Origin: Chthoniobacteraceae bacterium | Lineage (GTDB): Bacteria > Verrucomicrobiota > Verrucomicrobiia > Chthoniobacterales > Chthoniobacteraceae | DNA length: 31,783 bases | Direction: 5' to 3' | Assembly: GCA_031409655.1 (NCBI GenBank) | Contig: JANNXQ010000266.1 | Coordinates: 1 to 31,783 of the forward strand | Shown here: one piece after another, positions 10,715 to 19,755 of the stretch | Layout of the letters: each line of letters starts with the position of its first letter | Position numbering within the stretch: the first letter of the stretch is position 1 | The notes under the pieces: generated by a model | What the model saw: the letters and a program-made list of their open reading frames with translations, nothing else | The model's database searches: none | Told to the model about the DNA's origin: nothing | Made by a program: the position numbers and the translations under genes

Positions 10715-12214
10715 TTAGGGAGTGAGCTTCAGCCACGCGTCGATGTTGTCAGAGGCAGTGCGAATCTGTCCGGGTAACGGCTGCTTGGGACCGGGGAGAT
10801 AAAGCACGGGTGAAATTTCCTTATGAAACTTGTGATCAAACGCGCGCGCCTTCTGCAGCAGGCTGGCGACGACCTCAGGATGCTCTGCGGCGACATCGGT
10901 TTGCTCGCCGATGTCGCCGTCGAGGTTGTAGAGAGTCGCCTTGGGCCACAGGCGGTGCTGGCGCTCGAAGAGTCCGGGTTGATGTTCGAACCAAAGGCTC
11001 GGCACACGCGTCGCCGGCAGTTCGGTGATGGGCACGATCAGTTTCCACGGACCTTCGCGCACCGCCTGAAGTTGCACGCCGAAGTAATCGAACAACGCGC
11101 GTGACTCGTCCGGTCCCGCGGTTCCGAAAAGAGTGCTGCTGGCGTCGCGGCCATCCAGCGTGACCCCGGCGGGAAGGGTCGCGCCGGCGAGCCTCGCGAA
11201 CGTCGGCAGGAAATCCATCGTGGACCACATGCTGCGGTCGTCGCGCCCGGCGGGAATTTTTCCTGGCCAGCGAGCGATGCACGGAACGCGGATGCCGCCC
11301 TCGAACGTCGAGCCTTTGCCGGCGCGCAACGGGCCGTTGCTGCCGCCGTTCGATCGTCCGGGAAAGCGCGCATTCGGGTTCGGTTTCTTGCCGCGAAGAT
11401 TCGCGCCGTTGTCCGAGGTGAAGATGACCAGCGTGCGTTCATCGAGGCCGAGTTCCTTCAACACGTCCAGCACCCGACCGGTGCTCCAGTCGAGTTCCTC
11501 AATCGCGTCGCCGTAAATGCCGTCCTTCGATTTGCCGACGAACGCGGGCGACGCGTATTGCGGGATGTGCGGCATCGTGTGCGCGAGGTAGAGAAAGAAT
11601 GGCCGCTCGCGATTCCGGTGGATGAAGTCCACCGCGCGCTCGGTGTAGCGTTGCGTCAGCATTGCCTGATCGACGGGTGCCTCCACCACGCGATCGCCGT
11701 CGCGGAGTTGCAGCGGCTCGAACATGCTGAGTTGCATGAATGGCCGCCCGACTTCCCATTCCTCCGTGTCGTTGGTGTGCAGCAAGCCGAAGAACTCGTC
11801 GAAGCCCTGCTGCTGCGGACGCATCTCTTTGTGCCAACCGAGATGCCATTTGCCGACACAGGCGGTCGCATAACCCGCAGGCTTGAGGACTTCCGCGATG
11901 GTCACTTCACTGGCTGGCAACCCGGTGTGCTCGCCGGGAAACAAGACGTAAGGCACCCCGCATCGTGCCGGCAGACGACCCGTCAGCAACGCGGCGCGCG
12001 ACGGGCTGCAAAACGGTGATGCGACATAGAAGTTGGTGAAGCGCACACCCTCCTTCGCCATTCGATCGATGCGCGGTGTCGCGATGACTTTCGAGCCGTA
12101 GGACCCGAGATCGCCGTAGCCGAGGTCATCGCAGTTGATGACGACGATGTTTGGCGAAGCGGCATGAGCGAGGGCGACGGACGCGAGGATTAGGAAGGGA
12201 AGGAGACGTTTCAT
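10715..12214 (-). CDS. Arylsulfatase (formylglycine-dependent, Cys-type)
   Basis: PNIVVINCDDLGYGD, CSPSRAALLTG signature, GKWHLG, PFFLYLAHTMPH, FTSDNG and FEGGIRVP. The start (MKRLLPF) overlaps the upstream stop as ATGA at 12211-12214. Confidence 0.95.
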   Translation of the reverse strand: MKRLLPFLILASVALAHAASPNIVVINCDDLGYGDLGSYGSKVIATPRIDRMAKEGVRFTNFYVASPFCSPSRAALLTGRLPARCGVPYVLFPGEHTGLPASEVTIAEVLKPAGYATACVGKWHLGWHKEMRPQQQGFDEFFGLLHTNDTEEWEVGRPFMQLSMFEPLQLRDGDRVVEAPVDQAMLTQRYTERAVDFIHRNRERPFFLYLAHTMPHIPQYASPAFVGKSKDGIYGDAIEELDWSTGRVLDVLKELGLDERTLVIFTSDNGANLRGKKPNPNARFPGRSNGGSNGPLRAGKGSTFEGGIRVPCIARWPGKIPAGRDDRSMWSTMDFLPTFARLAGATLPAGVTLDGRDASSTLFGTAGPDESRALFDYFGVQLQAVREGPWKLIVPITELPATRVPSLWFEHQPGLFERQHRLWPKATLYNLDGDIGEQTDVAAEHPEVVASLLQKARAFDHKFHKEISPVLYLPGPKQPLPGQIRTASDNIDAWLKLTP

Positions 12215-13758
12215 TCCGGTCTGCCTTGTTGGAAAATGGTCTGGAGTTCGGCGGGGTTTAATACGGAGCCGTAGATCGCGAACTCGTCGATCGCGCCGTT
12301 GAGATTGCGGATGGGGGCTTCGTGATTCGGAGTGGGCAGGCCCCAGTTGCCGATCTCGCAGGGACCGAAGGTGATCTCGCGTCCGGGCTGATGTTGTGCG
12401 CTCACCTCGCGGCTGACTTCCGTGCCGTCGAAGTATTGGACGACGCTCCCGGTTTGATTGTCGTAAGTCACGGCAACGTGATGCCAGCGCCCGATGCTGT
12501 CGGCGGTGAAGACGGGTTTGCTGAAATACATCTGGTTCCACCGGGCGCCTTTTGGCGCAGCGTCCGGGCGATACATGATGGAAAACATCAGGCTGCCACC
12601 CTCGTGGATCTGCCAGTGCGGCTCGCCGTTCTCGTAGCCGTCGGTGAGGAGCAGGCCGTTGTATTTCTTGTCCACGGCATCGACCTTCACCCAGCAGGAG
12701 AGCGTGAGTGCTTGGTAAGTGCCATCGAGGTTGATCCGCACGCGGTCACCGGGGCGTTTGAACTCGAGCGCCTCCTTCCCCGGCCAGCGGCCTTCGGTCC
12801 AGCGCGCACCCACGGCTCCGCCAGCGCGCTGCTTCTGGCGCGGCTCCGCGAAGTTGTTGACCAACCGGTCCCAGCGATCGTCCTCCCAGTGCTTGAAGGT
12901 GTAATAGGCGATCAGGCGCGGATCGCTGCGCGTCTCCTTCGACCACGCCTGCCACTGCTCAAAGCGGCGCTGCTGACGCTGCCGGATGAGACCTTGCAGC
13001 TCGCTGATCGGCAGGAAGTCGGCAGTCGTCTGGCCGAGCGTCATGCCTTCCTTCAGACTCGCGGGCGGCTGGTCGGTGTGGGCGATGACCTCGCCCTCGA
13101 AGACATGCACGGCGCTGGTGTCATTCATCACGTTCAGCGCGAACTCGGTGCCGAGGTCTTCCAGCTTCATGCCGGGCGCGTGCAGGAGGAATCCCTTCGC
13201 GGCGGGCGGCACATGCATCCGCACGCGACCGCTCAGGCAGCGGGCTTCCCAGGCCGAGATGATTTCGATCTCAGCCGCGCCCTCGATCAACGCCGTCGCG
13301 CCGCTGAAGAACTCGATCTGCGCGAGACCTTTCGCGAGCCGGATCGTCCCGGGCGCGATGGTGTCTCCGCTGCGCAGGATGTTTTGCGTGAACTCCGCAT
13401 CGAGCGTCTGGCTGAGCATGGCAACACCGCGATTGGTCTCCTCAGCCCTCGCCGTCGCCGTGCCGGGCCGGTGGGTGCCGAGGAAGAATGCGCCGACGCA
13501 GAGCAGCGCCGCCAGCGATGCGGCGAGCGCGAGCGTGGCGGGCTGACGCCACCGGGGTGTGGTCGGTATCGCGAAGGTTGGCGCAGCGGTCGGCATCGTG
13601 CGTTCACGCAGCGCCGCATCGAGCCGCGCGTGCTGGCGGAAGCGGCTGCGCGCTTCCGCACTGTCGCGGAGCAGCGCGTCGAGTTCCGCCGCCTCGCTGG
13701 CATCGAGAGCGGGCTGGCTCCATTTGAGGATCAGCGAATCGAGCCGATCCAGGTTCAC
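12211..13758 (-). CDS. FecR-like anti-sigma factor with C-terminal LamG-like jellyroll domain
   Basis: N-terminal anti-sigma helices (AAELDALLRDSAEARSRF), one TM helix, FecR motifs (IEFFSGATALIEG, DLGTEF, VHVFEGEV) and LamG motifs (TLSCWVK, RWHHVAVTYD, GAIDEFAIY). The GTG start overlaps the sigma stop (GTGA), with GGAGG upstream. Confidence 0.88.
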   Translation of the reverse strand: MNLDRLDSLILKWSQPALDASEAAELDALLRDSAEARSRFRQHARLDAALRERTMPTAAPTFAIPTTPRWRQPATLALAASLAALLCVGAFFLGTHRPGTATARAEETNRGVAMLSQTLDAEFTQNILRSGDTIAPGTIRLAKGLAQIEFFSGATALIEGAAEIEIISAWEARCLSGRVRMHVPPAAKGFLLHAPGMKLEDLGTEFALNVMNDTSAVHVFEGEVIAHTDQPPASLKEGMTLGQTTADFLPISELQGLIRQRQQRRFEQWQAWSKETRSDPRLIAYYTFKHWEDDRWDRLVNNFAEPRQKQRAGGAVGARWTEGRWPGKEALEFKRPGDRVRINLDGTYQALTLSCWVKVDAVDKKYNGLLLTDGYENGEPHWQIHEGGSLMFSIMYRPDAAPKGARWNQMYFSKPVFTADSIGRWHHVAVTYDNQTGSVVQYFDGTEVSREVSAQHQPGREITFGPCEIGNWGLPTPNHEAPIRNLNGAIDEFAIYGSVLNPAELQTIFQQGRPE

Positions 13759-14291
13759 GCTTCCACCTCCTTCATCTGCGTCTCGATGCACGAGAGCAGC
13801 GCCGCGCGCAGCCGCTGGATGGTCTTGTAAAGGGCCTGCGCACTCTTCCCCGTCTGCGCCGCGACCTCGTGGAATTTCACGCCGGGCCGATACGAAGCAT
13901 CGAGCAACTCGCGCTGTGGCACCGGGAGTTTCGCGAGGCAGACTTCGAGCGCACTCCGCTCCCGCTCCAGGGCCGGAGCTTCCTCGAGGCCTTCATCCGC
14001 GATGAGATCGAGCACTTCCTCCGAAAGGATCAGCGGACTGCGTGCGTGTTTGCGCCGGAGCTTCAGCGCTTCAAAGCGGGCGATGGTCAGGAACCAATTC
14101 AGGAAACTCGTCCCGGTCTCAAACTGCTCGAACTTCCGCCACGCGACGAGGCTCGCCTCCTGCAGCGCGTCATCCACGTCCGTCCACGACGGGAGTAGCG
14201 AATGGAGGAAACCACGAGCGCGGGTTTCGTGGGCGAGGAGATGGCGGACGAAGGCTTCGTAGCGATCGGGCGCGGGGGGCGGGGGAGGCAT
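13755..14291 (-). CDS. ECF RNA polymerase sigma-70 factor (Planctomycetes/Verrucomicrobia type)
   Basis: 178 aa; region 2 DVDDALQEASLVAWRKFEQFETGTSFLNW and region 4 ALEVCLAKLPVPQREL...ALYKTIQRLRAALLSCI; translationally coupled to the FecR-like gene. Confidence 0.93.
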   Translation of the reverse strand: MPPPPPAPDRYEAFVRHLLAHETRARGFLHSLLPSWTDVDDALQEASLVAWRKFEQFETGTSFLNWFLTIARFEALKLRRKHARSPLILSEEVLDLIADEGLEEAPALERERSALEVCLAKLPVPQRELLDASYRPGVKFHEVAAQTGKSAQALYKTIQRLRAALLSCIETQMKEVEA

Positions 14292-14360
14292 GGTGATTGA
14301 GAATCAAACCAGACCGCCGCCGCGGTGAAACGTGGACAAACTTTCCGTGGATCGCCCCCG

Positions 14361-14403
14361 GAAAAAACGAAACCGCCGGTCGGAAGAGCCGACCGGCGGT
14401 TTC
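14361..14403 (-). terminator. Rho-independent terminator after the small basic protein gene
   Basis: Perfect 15-bp stem GAAACCGCCGGTCGG (14369-14383) / CCGACCGGCGGTTTC (14389-14403) with a 5-nt loop, followed on the minus strand by GTTTTTT. Confidence 0.88.
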
Positions 14404-14430
14404 AAAATGAAGGAATAGCCGCCGACCGAA

Positions 14431-14586
14431 TCAGGCTTCCGGCTTGGTCTTGCGCAGACCGATGACCTTGTCACCGGCCTTGAACTGGCCGCGCTTCTTG
14501 AGCAATTCGACGCGCTCGAAACGTTTCAGGACGTTGCGCTTGGCGGCGATGGTGCTGGCTCCTTTGAGGCTGCGATGTTGGGACAT
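14431..14586 (-). CDS. PVC-superphylum signature small basic protein (Chlamydiae/Verrucomicrobia/Planctomycetes small basic protein family)
   Basis: Below the ORF-track cutoff; translated by hand as MSQHRSLKGASTIAAKRNVLKRFERVELLKKRGQFKAGDKVIGLRKTKPEA (51 aa), matching the MS.H.SL...RNVLKR.ER...L....GL.K family pattern. It has its own promoter and terminator. Confidence 0.9.
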   Translation of the reverse strand: MSQHRSLKGASTIAAKRNVLKRFERVELLKKRGQFKAGDKVIGLRKTKPEA

Positions 14587-14618
14587 AAAATCGGATGAGT
14601 ATTGCGGAAAGGGCGGCG

Positions 14619-14646
14619 ACTATAGGTGCGGGATTTCGGGGCGCAA
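14619..14646 (-). promoter_or_regulatory. Sigma70-type promoter of the small basic protein gene
   Basis: Minus strand TTGCGC (14646-14641), 16-nt spacer, TATAGT (14624-14619), about 30 nt upstream of the ATG. Confidence 0.6.
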
Positions 14647-14708
14647 TGCTAATTTCCTCTTCCGCCCGCGCGCCTGCGGGGAGGCAGGAAAATGGCGCTT
14701 CCGGGGGA

Positions 14709-14812
14709 GAACGCCAAACTTCAAACGCCAAACGCCAAACGCCAAACGCCAAACGCAAAAGGAGGGAAGGTCGCGAGTGCGGAGCTCCTTTGGAGTTTGA
14801 AGTTTGGTGTTT
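14709..14812. repeat. Palindromic heptamer-repeat element A (unit AAACGCC)
   Basis: Left arm has 7 units (GAACGCC AAACTTC AAACGCC x4 AAACGCA; 14709-14757). Right arm has 3 inverted units (GGAGTTT GAAGTTT GGTGTTT; 14792-14812). Inner stem AAAGGAG/CTCCTTT. Confidence 0.85.
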
Positions 14813-14862
14813 TCCGCCGCGCCAGAACGCGGTGCGACCCTCTTTCAAGCACACCCGCTTCC

Positions 14863-16551
14863 CTACCGACCGGTCGCCGTCGCGATGGCATTCCGCAGCG
14901 TCGCGACGTTGAAGGGCTTGCCCACCACGAGGTCAACGCCGGCGGGTTTTTCACCCGCGCTGGTCATGAGATCGCCGAAGCCGGTGAGCAGCACGATCGG
15001 CTGCGCCGGGCTCAGCTTCCGGATCTCCGCAGCGAGTTCGTCGCCATTCATCTCGGGCATCGCGCGGTCCGTGAGTACGAGATCAAATTCCCCTGCGCAA
15101 AATTTCTCCAGGCCATCGCGACCGTTTACCGCGAGCGTTACGGTGTGCTGGTCTTCGGTGAGATAGACGTCGATGACCTCCCGCACGAGCGGTTCATCTT
15201 CCACCACGAGGATGCGTAGCGGGCCGCCCGCTTCCTTGACGACGTTCTGCGCTTCGGGGGCGCGCGCATTTCTCTCCAGCGGCAGGGAAATGGCCACGGA
15301 GGTGCCGCTTCCGAGTTCGCTTTTGATGTCGAGCTGGCCCTCATGCCGGCGGACGATGCCATAGACGCTCCCGAGGCCGAGGCCGTTGCCCTCCTCTTCC
15401 TTGGTGGAAAAGAACGGCTCGAGGCAATGCAGGCGCACTTCTTCGCTCATGCCCACGCCATCGTCGGCGACCGTGAGGACCATCCAGCGGCCCTGGACGG
15501 CCGTGCGGATGACGATCTGGCCGCGCTTCAAGATCGCGTCCACGCTATTGAAGATGAGGCTGACGAGTAACTCGCGCAGCTCCTGTTCGTTGCCGGGGAC
15601 GGTCGGCACATTCCCGAGTTCCGTGCGGACGTCGATGGTGATCCCGGCGGCGAGGGCCTGATCTTTCCAGCGCGGCTGGGTGATCGAGACCACCTGACGG
15701 ACGAGGTCATTCACCACCACGGCGGTCACGTATTCATTCGCGTCGCGGTAGCGGGAAAATTCCCGCAAGCGGCTCGTCACGCGCTCGCTCTCCTTGGCCG
15801 ACGTGAGGATCATTTCCAGATAGCTGCGCACCTTCTCCTGATCCGCGAGCAACTCGGGCTTCATGAGTAGCAGCTCGGTGAAGCCGAGGATGGGCGCGAG
15901 GGCGTTATTGAAATCGTGCGCCATGCCGTGCGCCATGCGACCGAGCGCGTGCATCCGTTCGCGGCGGATCACCTGATCCTGCGTGGCCTCGAGCCGGCTG
16001 AGCGCGTCGGCCAGGGAGCGATTGGATTCCACCACGGACTCCTCGGCCTTCTTCCGCTCGGCGACTTCCTGCTGGAGACGGATGTTCATCTCGAGGAGCG
16101 CGGCGGTGCGATCGGCCACGCGGCGCTCGAGGTCTTCGTTGTTCCGCTTGAGTTGAAGCTGCACGCGCTTGCGCTCCACGGCGTACTGCAGCGCGCGGAT
16201 GAGGAGCAAATTGTCGAACCGTCCTTTCACCAAATAATCTTGAGCACCGAGCCGCACCGTCTCGATGGCCAGCGCCACATCCTGGATGCCGCTGAGCACC
16301 ACGATCGGCAGCTCCGGCACCAGCTCGGCGACGCGCAGGAAAGTCTCCATGCCCTCGCTGTCCGGCAGCGAGAGGTCGGCGATCACGAGATGGATGCCGC
16401 CCCGTTTCAGGCGCGCCAGCGCCGCCTTGAGCGAAGTCTCGACGTGCAGGGAAAAGTGCGTGGTCTCGGCTTGCCCGAGGAGTTGGGAGAGGAGCCGCGC
16501 GTGCTCGGGATTGTCCTCGATGAGGAGGGTCTCGACGATCTCGTCAAACAT
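14863..16551 (-). CDS. Cytoplasmic hybrid histidine kinase (REC - coiled coil - HisKA - HATPase - REC)
   Basis: N-terminal receiver (LLIEDN, DLSLPD, AQDYLVKG), H-box AHDFNNAL, N-box LIFNSVDA, DDGVGM, EPFFSTK, GLGLG, and C-terminal receiver (ILVVEDE, TDRAMPEMNG, KPF). Start MFDEIV at 16551. Confidence 0.92.
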   Translation of the reverse strand: MFDEIVETLLIEDNPEHARLLSQLLGQAETTHFSLHVETSLKAALARLKRGGIHLVIADLSLPDSEGMETFLRVAELVPELPIVVLSGIQDVALAIETVRLGAQDYLVKGRFDNLLLIRALQYAVERKRVQLQLKRNNEDLERRVADRTAALLEMNIRLQQEVAERKKAEESVVESNRSLADALSRLEATQDQVIRRERMHALGRMAHGMAHDFNNALAPILGFTELLLMKPELLADQEKVRSYLEMILTSAKESERVTSRLREFSRYRDANEYVTAVVVNDLVRQVVSITQPRWKDQALAAGITIDVRTELGNVPTVPGNEQELRELLVSLIFNSVDAILKRGQIVIRTAVQGRWMVLTVADDGVGMSEEVRLHCLEPFFSTKEEEGNGLGLGSVYGIVRRHEGQLDIKSELGSGTSVAISLPLERNARAPEAQNVVKEAGGPLRILVVEDEPLVREVIDVYLTEDQHTVTLAVNGRDGLEKFCAGEFDLVLTDRAMPEMNGDELAAEIRKLSPAQPIVLLTGFGDLMTSAGEKPAGVDLVVGKPFNVATLRNAIATATGR

Positions 16552-16731
16552 CGCGTTCAGCGGACGAACGGCTCGGTGCCGCGTCACTGCGGTCGTGGCC
16601 TGGAGTGCGGATAGGCGCCATGATACGTGGGAGTAGCTACGCCCTTTTCCTACCACGCACTGGGTTTTGTGCACCCTGCAATTGTGAATTTCGCTTGGTG
16701 CCGCGAACCCGCCGGGGCTATACGCCGCGCC

Positions 16732-17634
16732 ATGCCCGCCATCACCCAAGACCTTCGCGACCTGGAGATTCCCGAGATCGCCACCTTTTCCACCACGCCG
16801 GGCGGGTTGCCGCGACTGGACGTGCATTCGCCGCTCGCGACTGCGGAGATCTATCTGCACGGCGGTCACGTTGCGCGCTTTCAACCGACGGGCAGCGCGC
16901 CGGTGCTTTTCATGAGTGCGGCAAGCCACTTCGCCGCAGGCAAGCCGATCCGCGGCGGTGTGCCGATTTGCTTCCCGTGGTTTGGGCCGCGCGCGGGGCA
17001 TCCGGAATCGCCGATGCATGGTTTTGCCCGCACCAAGACCTGGCGGATCGAGTCGCTCACGCAGTCCGCGGATGGCGTGGTGAATGTGGTGCTCGCGCTG
17101 GCGGCCGATGACGCCACGCGAGCGCACTGGTCGCACGACTTCGTCCTGCGTCATCGGATCGCGATCGGGACGGAACTGCGCATGACCCTTGAAGTTGAAA
17201 ACACTTCCGCGACCGCGTTCACTTTCGAGGAAGCGCTGCACACTTATTTTGCCGTCGCGGATGTGCGCGAAGCGACCGCTATCGGTCTCGAAGGAGCCAG
17301 CTACCTGGATAAGACCGATGGCTTCAAGACGAAGACCGTCGGCGCGGAGCCGCTGCGTTTCACCGGAGAAACGGACCGCCTTTTCCCGCAGCACCACGGC
17401 ACCTGCGTGATTGCGGATCGCCCCACGGCGCGGCGCATCGTCATCGAGAAATCCGCCTCCGCCACGACCGTCGTCTGGAATCCGTGGATCGCGAAAGCCG
17501 CGGCCATGGCGGACTTCGGCGACGACGAGTGGCCGCAGATGCTCTGCATCGAAACCGCGAATGCCGGCGCGGATGCCGTGACGCTCGCGGCCGGTGCGCG
17601 GCATGCGCTGACGGCCGTGGTGCGGGTGGAGTGA
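16732..17634 (+). CDS. D-hexose-6-phosphate mutarotase (aldose 1-epimerase family, YeaD-like)
   Basis: IYLHGGHV, KPIRGGVPICFPWFG, HGFART, FEEALHTYF, TVVWNPW and MLCIE motifs; start MPAITQ at 16732. Confidence 0.93.
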   Translation: MPAITQDLRDLEIPEIATFSTTPGGLPRLDVHSPLATAEIYLHGGHVARFQPTGSAPVLFMSAASHFAAGKPIRGGVPICFPWFGPRAGHPESPMHGFARTKTWRIESLTQSADGVVNVVLALAADDATRAHWSHDFVLRHRIAIGTELRMTLEVENTSATAFTFEEALHTYFAVADVREATAIGLEGASYLDKTDGFKTKTVGAEPLRFTGETDRLFPQHHGTCVIADRPTARRIVIEKSASATTVVWNPWIAKAAAMADFGDDEWPQMLCIETANAGADAVTLAAGARHALTAVVRVE

Positions 17635-17640
17635 ATGAGG

Positions 17641-17737
17641 GCCAATGACCAATGACAAATGGCAAAGGCGCTGATCCACTCGTCCTTCGTCATCCGGCAT
17701 TGGGCATTTACCATTTGCCATTTGTCATTGGCCATTT
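17641..17737. repeat. Palindromic heptamer-repeat element B (unit CAATGAC/AAATGGC), overlapping the kinase start
   Basis: Left arm GCCAATG ACCAATG ACAAATG GCAAA; right arm CATTGGG CATTTAC CATTTGC CATTTGT CATTGGC CATTT. Perfect 18-bp inverted repeat at 17649-17666 / 17714-17731. Confidence 0.85.
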
Positions 17738-19755
17738 CCTCTCCGGTCCGCGCGCAAGATCCCGCGCCGCTGCGCACGCTCACCACGGCGGCGGAGTTGC
17801 GCGCCCTTTCCGCGGAAGACGCCGCGCTGCTTTATCCGGTGCGGCTGCGCGCAGTGGTCACGCTGGTCGCGCCGGAGCGCACCGTCTTTCTGCGTGACGA
17901 TACCGCCGCCACTTTCCTGGCGGCCCGAAAGCCCGCTCACGCAGTTGCTCAAGGTGACGTGGTCGAAATCGTGGGCGTCTCCTACCCCGGGCTCTACGTC
18001 ACCGGCGTCACTGCGCAGCAGATCCGCGTCGTCGGAAAAGCGCCGCTGCCCGCCGCGCTGCCCATCACCTTCGAGCGGCTCGCCTCTGGCCGCTTCAATT
18101 ACGAGTGGGTCGAAGTCCGTGGCATCGTGCGCAACTTCACGCCGACCGAGGAAAACGGCGCCTCGCTCTCGCTCGCCATGGGTGATGGCCGCCTCTCCAT
18201 CCTCGCGAACGCCGCGACCGGCGGCGACGACGGCCTGCGCTTCGTCGATGCCGAGGTGCGGGTGCAAGGTCTCGCCGCTGGATTCATCAATGACAAACGG
18301 CAGCTCGTCGCGCCGCAGCTTCGCATCGCGGATCTCGCGACCATCGCCATCGAGCAGCCCGCGCCGGAAGATCCCTACGCGCTCCCGATCACCCCAGCCG
18401 CGCATCTCCTGCGCTTCAATCCCGCCGGGGCTCCCGGCCACCGGGTGAAAATCCGCGGCACCGTCACGCACCACGTGCCGGGTCGCGCGCTCTTTTTGCG
18501 CGATGAGCAGCTCGGGCTCTTCGTCGAGACCATCCTGCCCGATGCGGTGAATGTGGGCGCTGTCGTCGAGGCGCTCGGCTTCCCTGAGATGGGCGCCTAC
18601 AGCGCGCAGTTGCGCGACGCCGTCTTCCGCGTCGTCGCGGAGGAAAAATCACCCGAACCCCTCGTCACCACGTCCCGCGAGTTGCTCGCCGGCACGCACG
18701 ACGCCGATCTCGTGCGACTCGAGGCCGACCTGCTCGAAGTCCTGCGCAGCGCGGACGACCTCGTGCTCCTCCTGCGCGCGGATGACACGCCGCTCCAGGC
18801 GCGGCTGGATTTTTCGCAGGTGGAAACGCTCGGTGCGCTGCGAGTCGGCAGCCGCCTTGCGCTCACCGGCGTGGCGCGCGTGGGACAGGTGGATTTTCGG
18901 CCCGGCGGTTTCCGCACCAAGGCGCGTACCTTCGAGCTGCTGCTGCGGCACGCGGATGATGTGCGCGTTTTGCACGCCCCTTCGTGGTGGACGGCGCGCC
19001 GGCTCGGCAATGCCGCGGGCGTGCTGCTGCTCCTGGTGGTCGCCGCGCTCGCCTGGGCCGCCGCCCTCCAGCGCCGGGTGCGGGCGCAGACGGCGATCAT
19101 CGGCGAGAAGCTGAAATCCGAAGCCGCGCTCGAAGAACGCCAGCGCATCGCTCGGGAATTTCACGACACCCTGGAGCAGGAACTCGTCGGCCTTTCCCTC
19201 CGCCTCGACGCTGCCGCGCCGAAGGTCAGCGATGAAAAGCCGCGGGAGCTGCTCGAAGGTGCGCGCCGCCTCGTGCAGCGCATCCAGGACGAAGCACGCG
19301 GCTTTCTCTGGAACCTGCGCGACCGCTCGCTCGAAGCCACCACGCTGCGCGACGCCATCGCACTCGCCGTCGCCGCGCGGGGCGCGGAGAGCGCGATCGA
19401 AGTCCGCACCGCTGGCGAGCCGCGCCGACTGCCGGGCCGCATCGAGCACGAGCTCCTCCGCCTCGCCCAGGAAGCCACCGCCAATGCCGTGCGCCACGGC
19501 CAGGCCCGCAGGATCACGATCACCCTCGCCTACACGCCCGACGCTCTGCGGCTGAGCATCGCCGATGATGGCATCGGCTTTGACCCGGCTCGCGAAGGCG
19601 CGAAGCCCGGCCACTTCGGCCTCACTGGAATGCGCGAGCGGGTGAAGCGGCTCGGGGGGGAATTTGTGCTGCAAAGCGCGCCGGGAGAGGGGACGACGGT
19701 GGAGGTGACGGTGAAAATTTCGGAGGAACATCGAACATCGAACGTCGAACGCTGA
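17659..19755 (+). CDS. Membrane sensor histidine kinase (HisKA_3/NarX-type) with large extracytoplasmic repeat domain
   Basis: Signal peptide ending VRA-Q; duplicated extracytoplasmic modules (V...G.VT...LFLRD); PSWWT followed by a TM helix; EERQRIAREFHDTLEQ H-box; QEATANAVRHG, DDGIGF and GHFGLTGMRER. Confidence 0.93.
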   Translation: MAKALIHSSFVIRHWAFTICHLSLAISSPVRAQDPAPLRTLTTAAELRALSAEDAALLYPVRLRAVVTLVAPERTVFLRDDTAATFLAARKPAHAVAQGDVVEIVGVSYPGLYVTGVTAQQIRVVGKAPLPAALPITFERLASGRFNYEWVEVRGIVRNFTPTEENGASLSLAMGDGRLSILANAATGGDDGLRFVDAEVRVQGLAAGFINDKRQLVAPQLRIADLATIAIEQPAPEDPYALPITPAAHLLRFNPAGAPGHRVKIRGTVTHHVPGRALFLRDEQLGLFVETILPDAVNVGAVVEALGFPEMGAYSAQLRDAVFRVVAEEKSPEPLVTTSRELLAGTHDADLVRLEADLLEVLRSADDLVLLLRADDTPLQARLDFSQVETLGALRVGSRLALTGVARVGQVDFRPGGFRTKARTFELLLRHADDVRVLHAPSWWTARRLGNAAGVLLLLVVAALAWAAALQRRVRAQTAIIGEKLKSEAALEERQRIAREFHDTLEQELVGLSLRLDAAAPKVSDEKPRELLEGARRLVQRIQDEARGFLWNLRDRSLEATTLRDAIALAVAARGAESAIEVRTAGEPRRLPGRIEHELLRLAQEATANAVRHGQARRITITLAYTPDALRLSIADDGIGFDPAREGAKPGHFGLTGMRERVKRLGGEFVLQSAPGEGTTVEVTVKISEEHRTSNVER

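Noticed and set aside
12215..12541. N-terminal extension of the sulfatase ORF
   Set aside because: It overlaps the FecR-like gene in another frame; the signal peptide and ATGA coupling define the start at 12214.
14268..14291. G/C runs encoding MPPPPPAP at the sigma factor N-terminus as a slippage switch
   Set aside because: The runs are short (6 nt or less) and interrupted, which is unremarkable at this GC content.
14444..15219. Short ORFs containing KRQTPNAKRQTPN-type peptides
   Set aside because: They are translations of heptamer element A, with no independent coding evidence.
16552..16731. Divergent intergenic region as a possible riboswitch or ncRNA
   Set aside because: Only a weak CGTGG/CCACG pairing is visible, and I recognise no RNA family motif.
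16552..17721. Apparent 390-aa N-terminal extension of the hybrid kinase
   Set aside because: It is antisense to the mutarotase and begins in repeat element B; the receiver domain starts at 16551.
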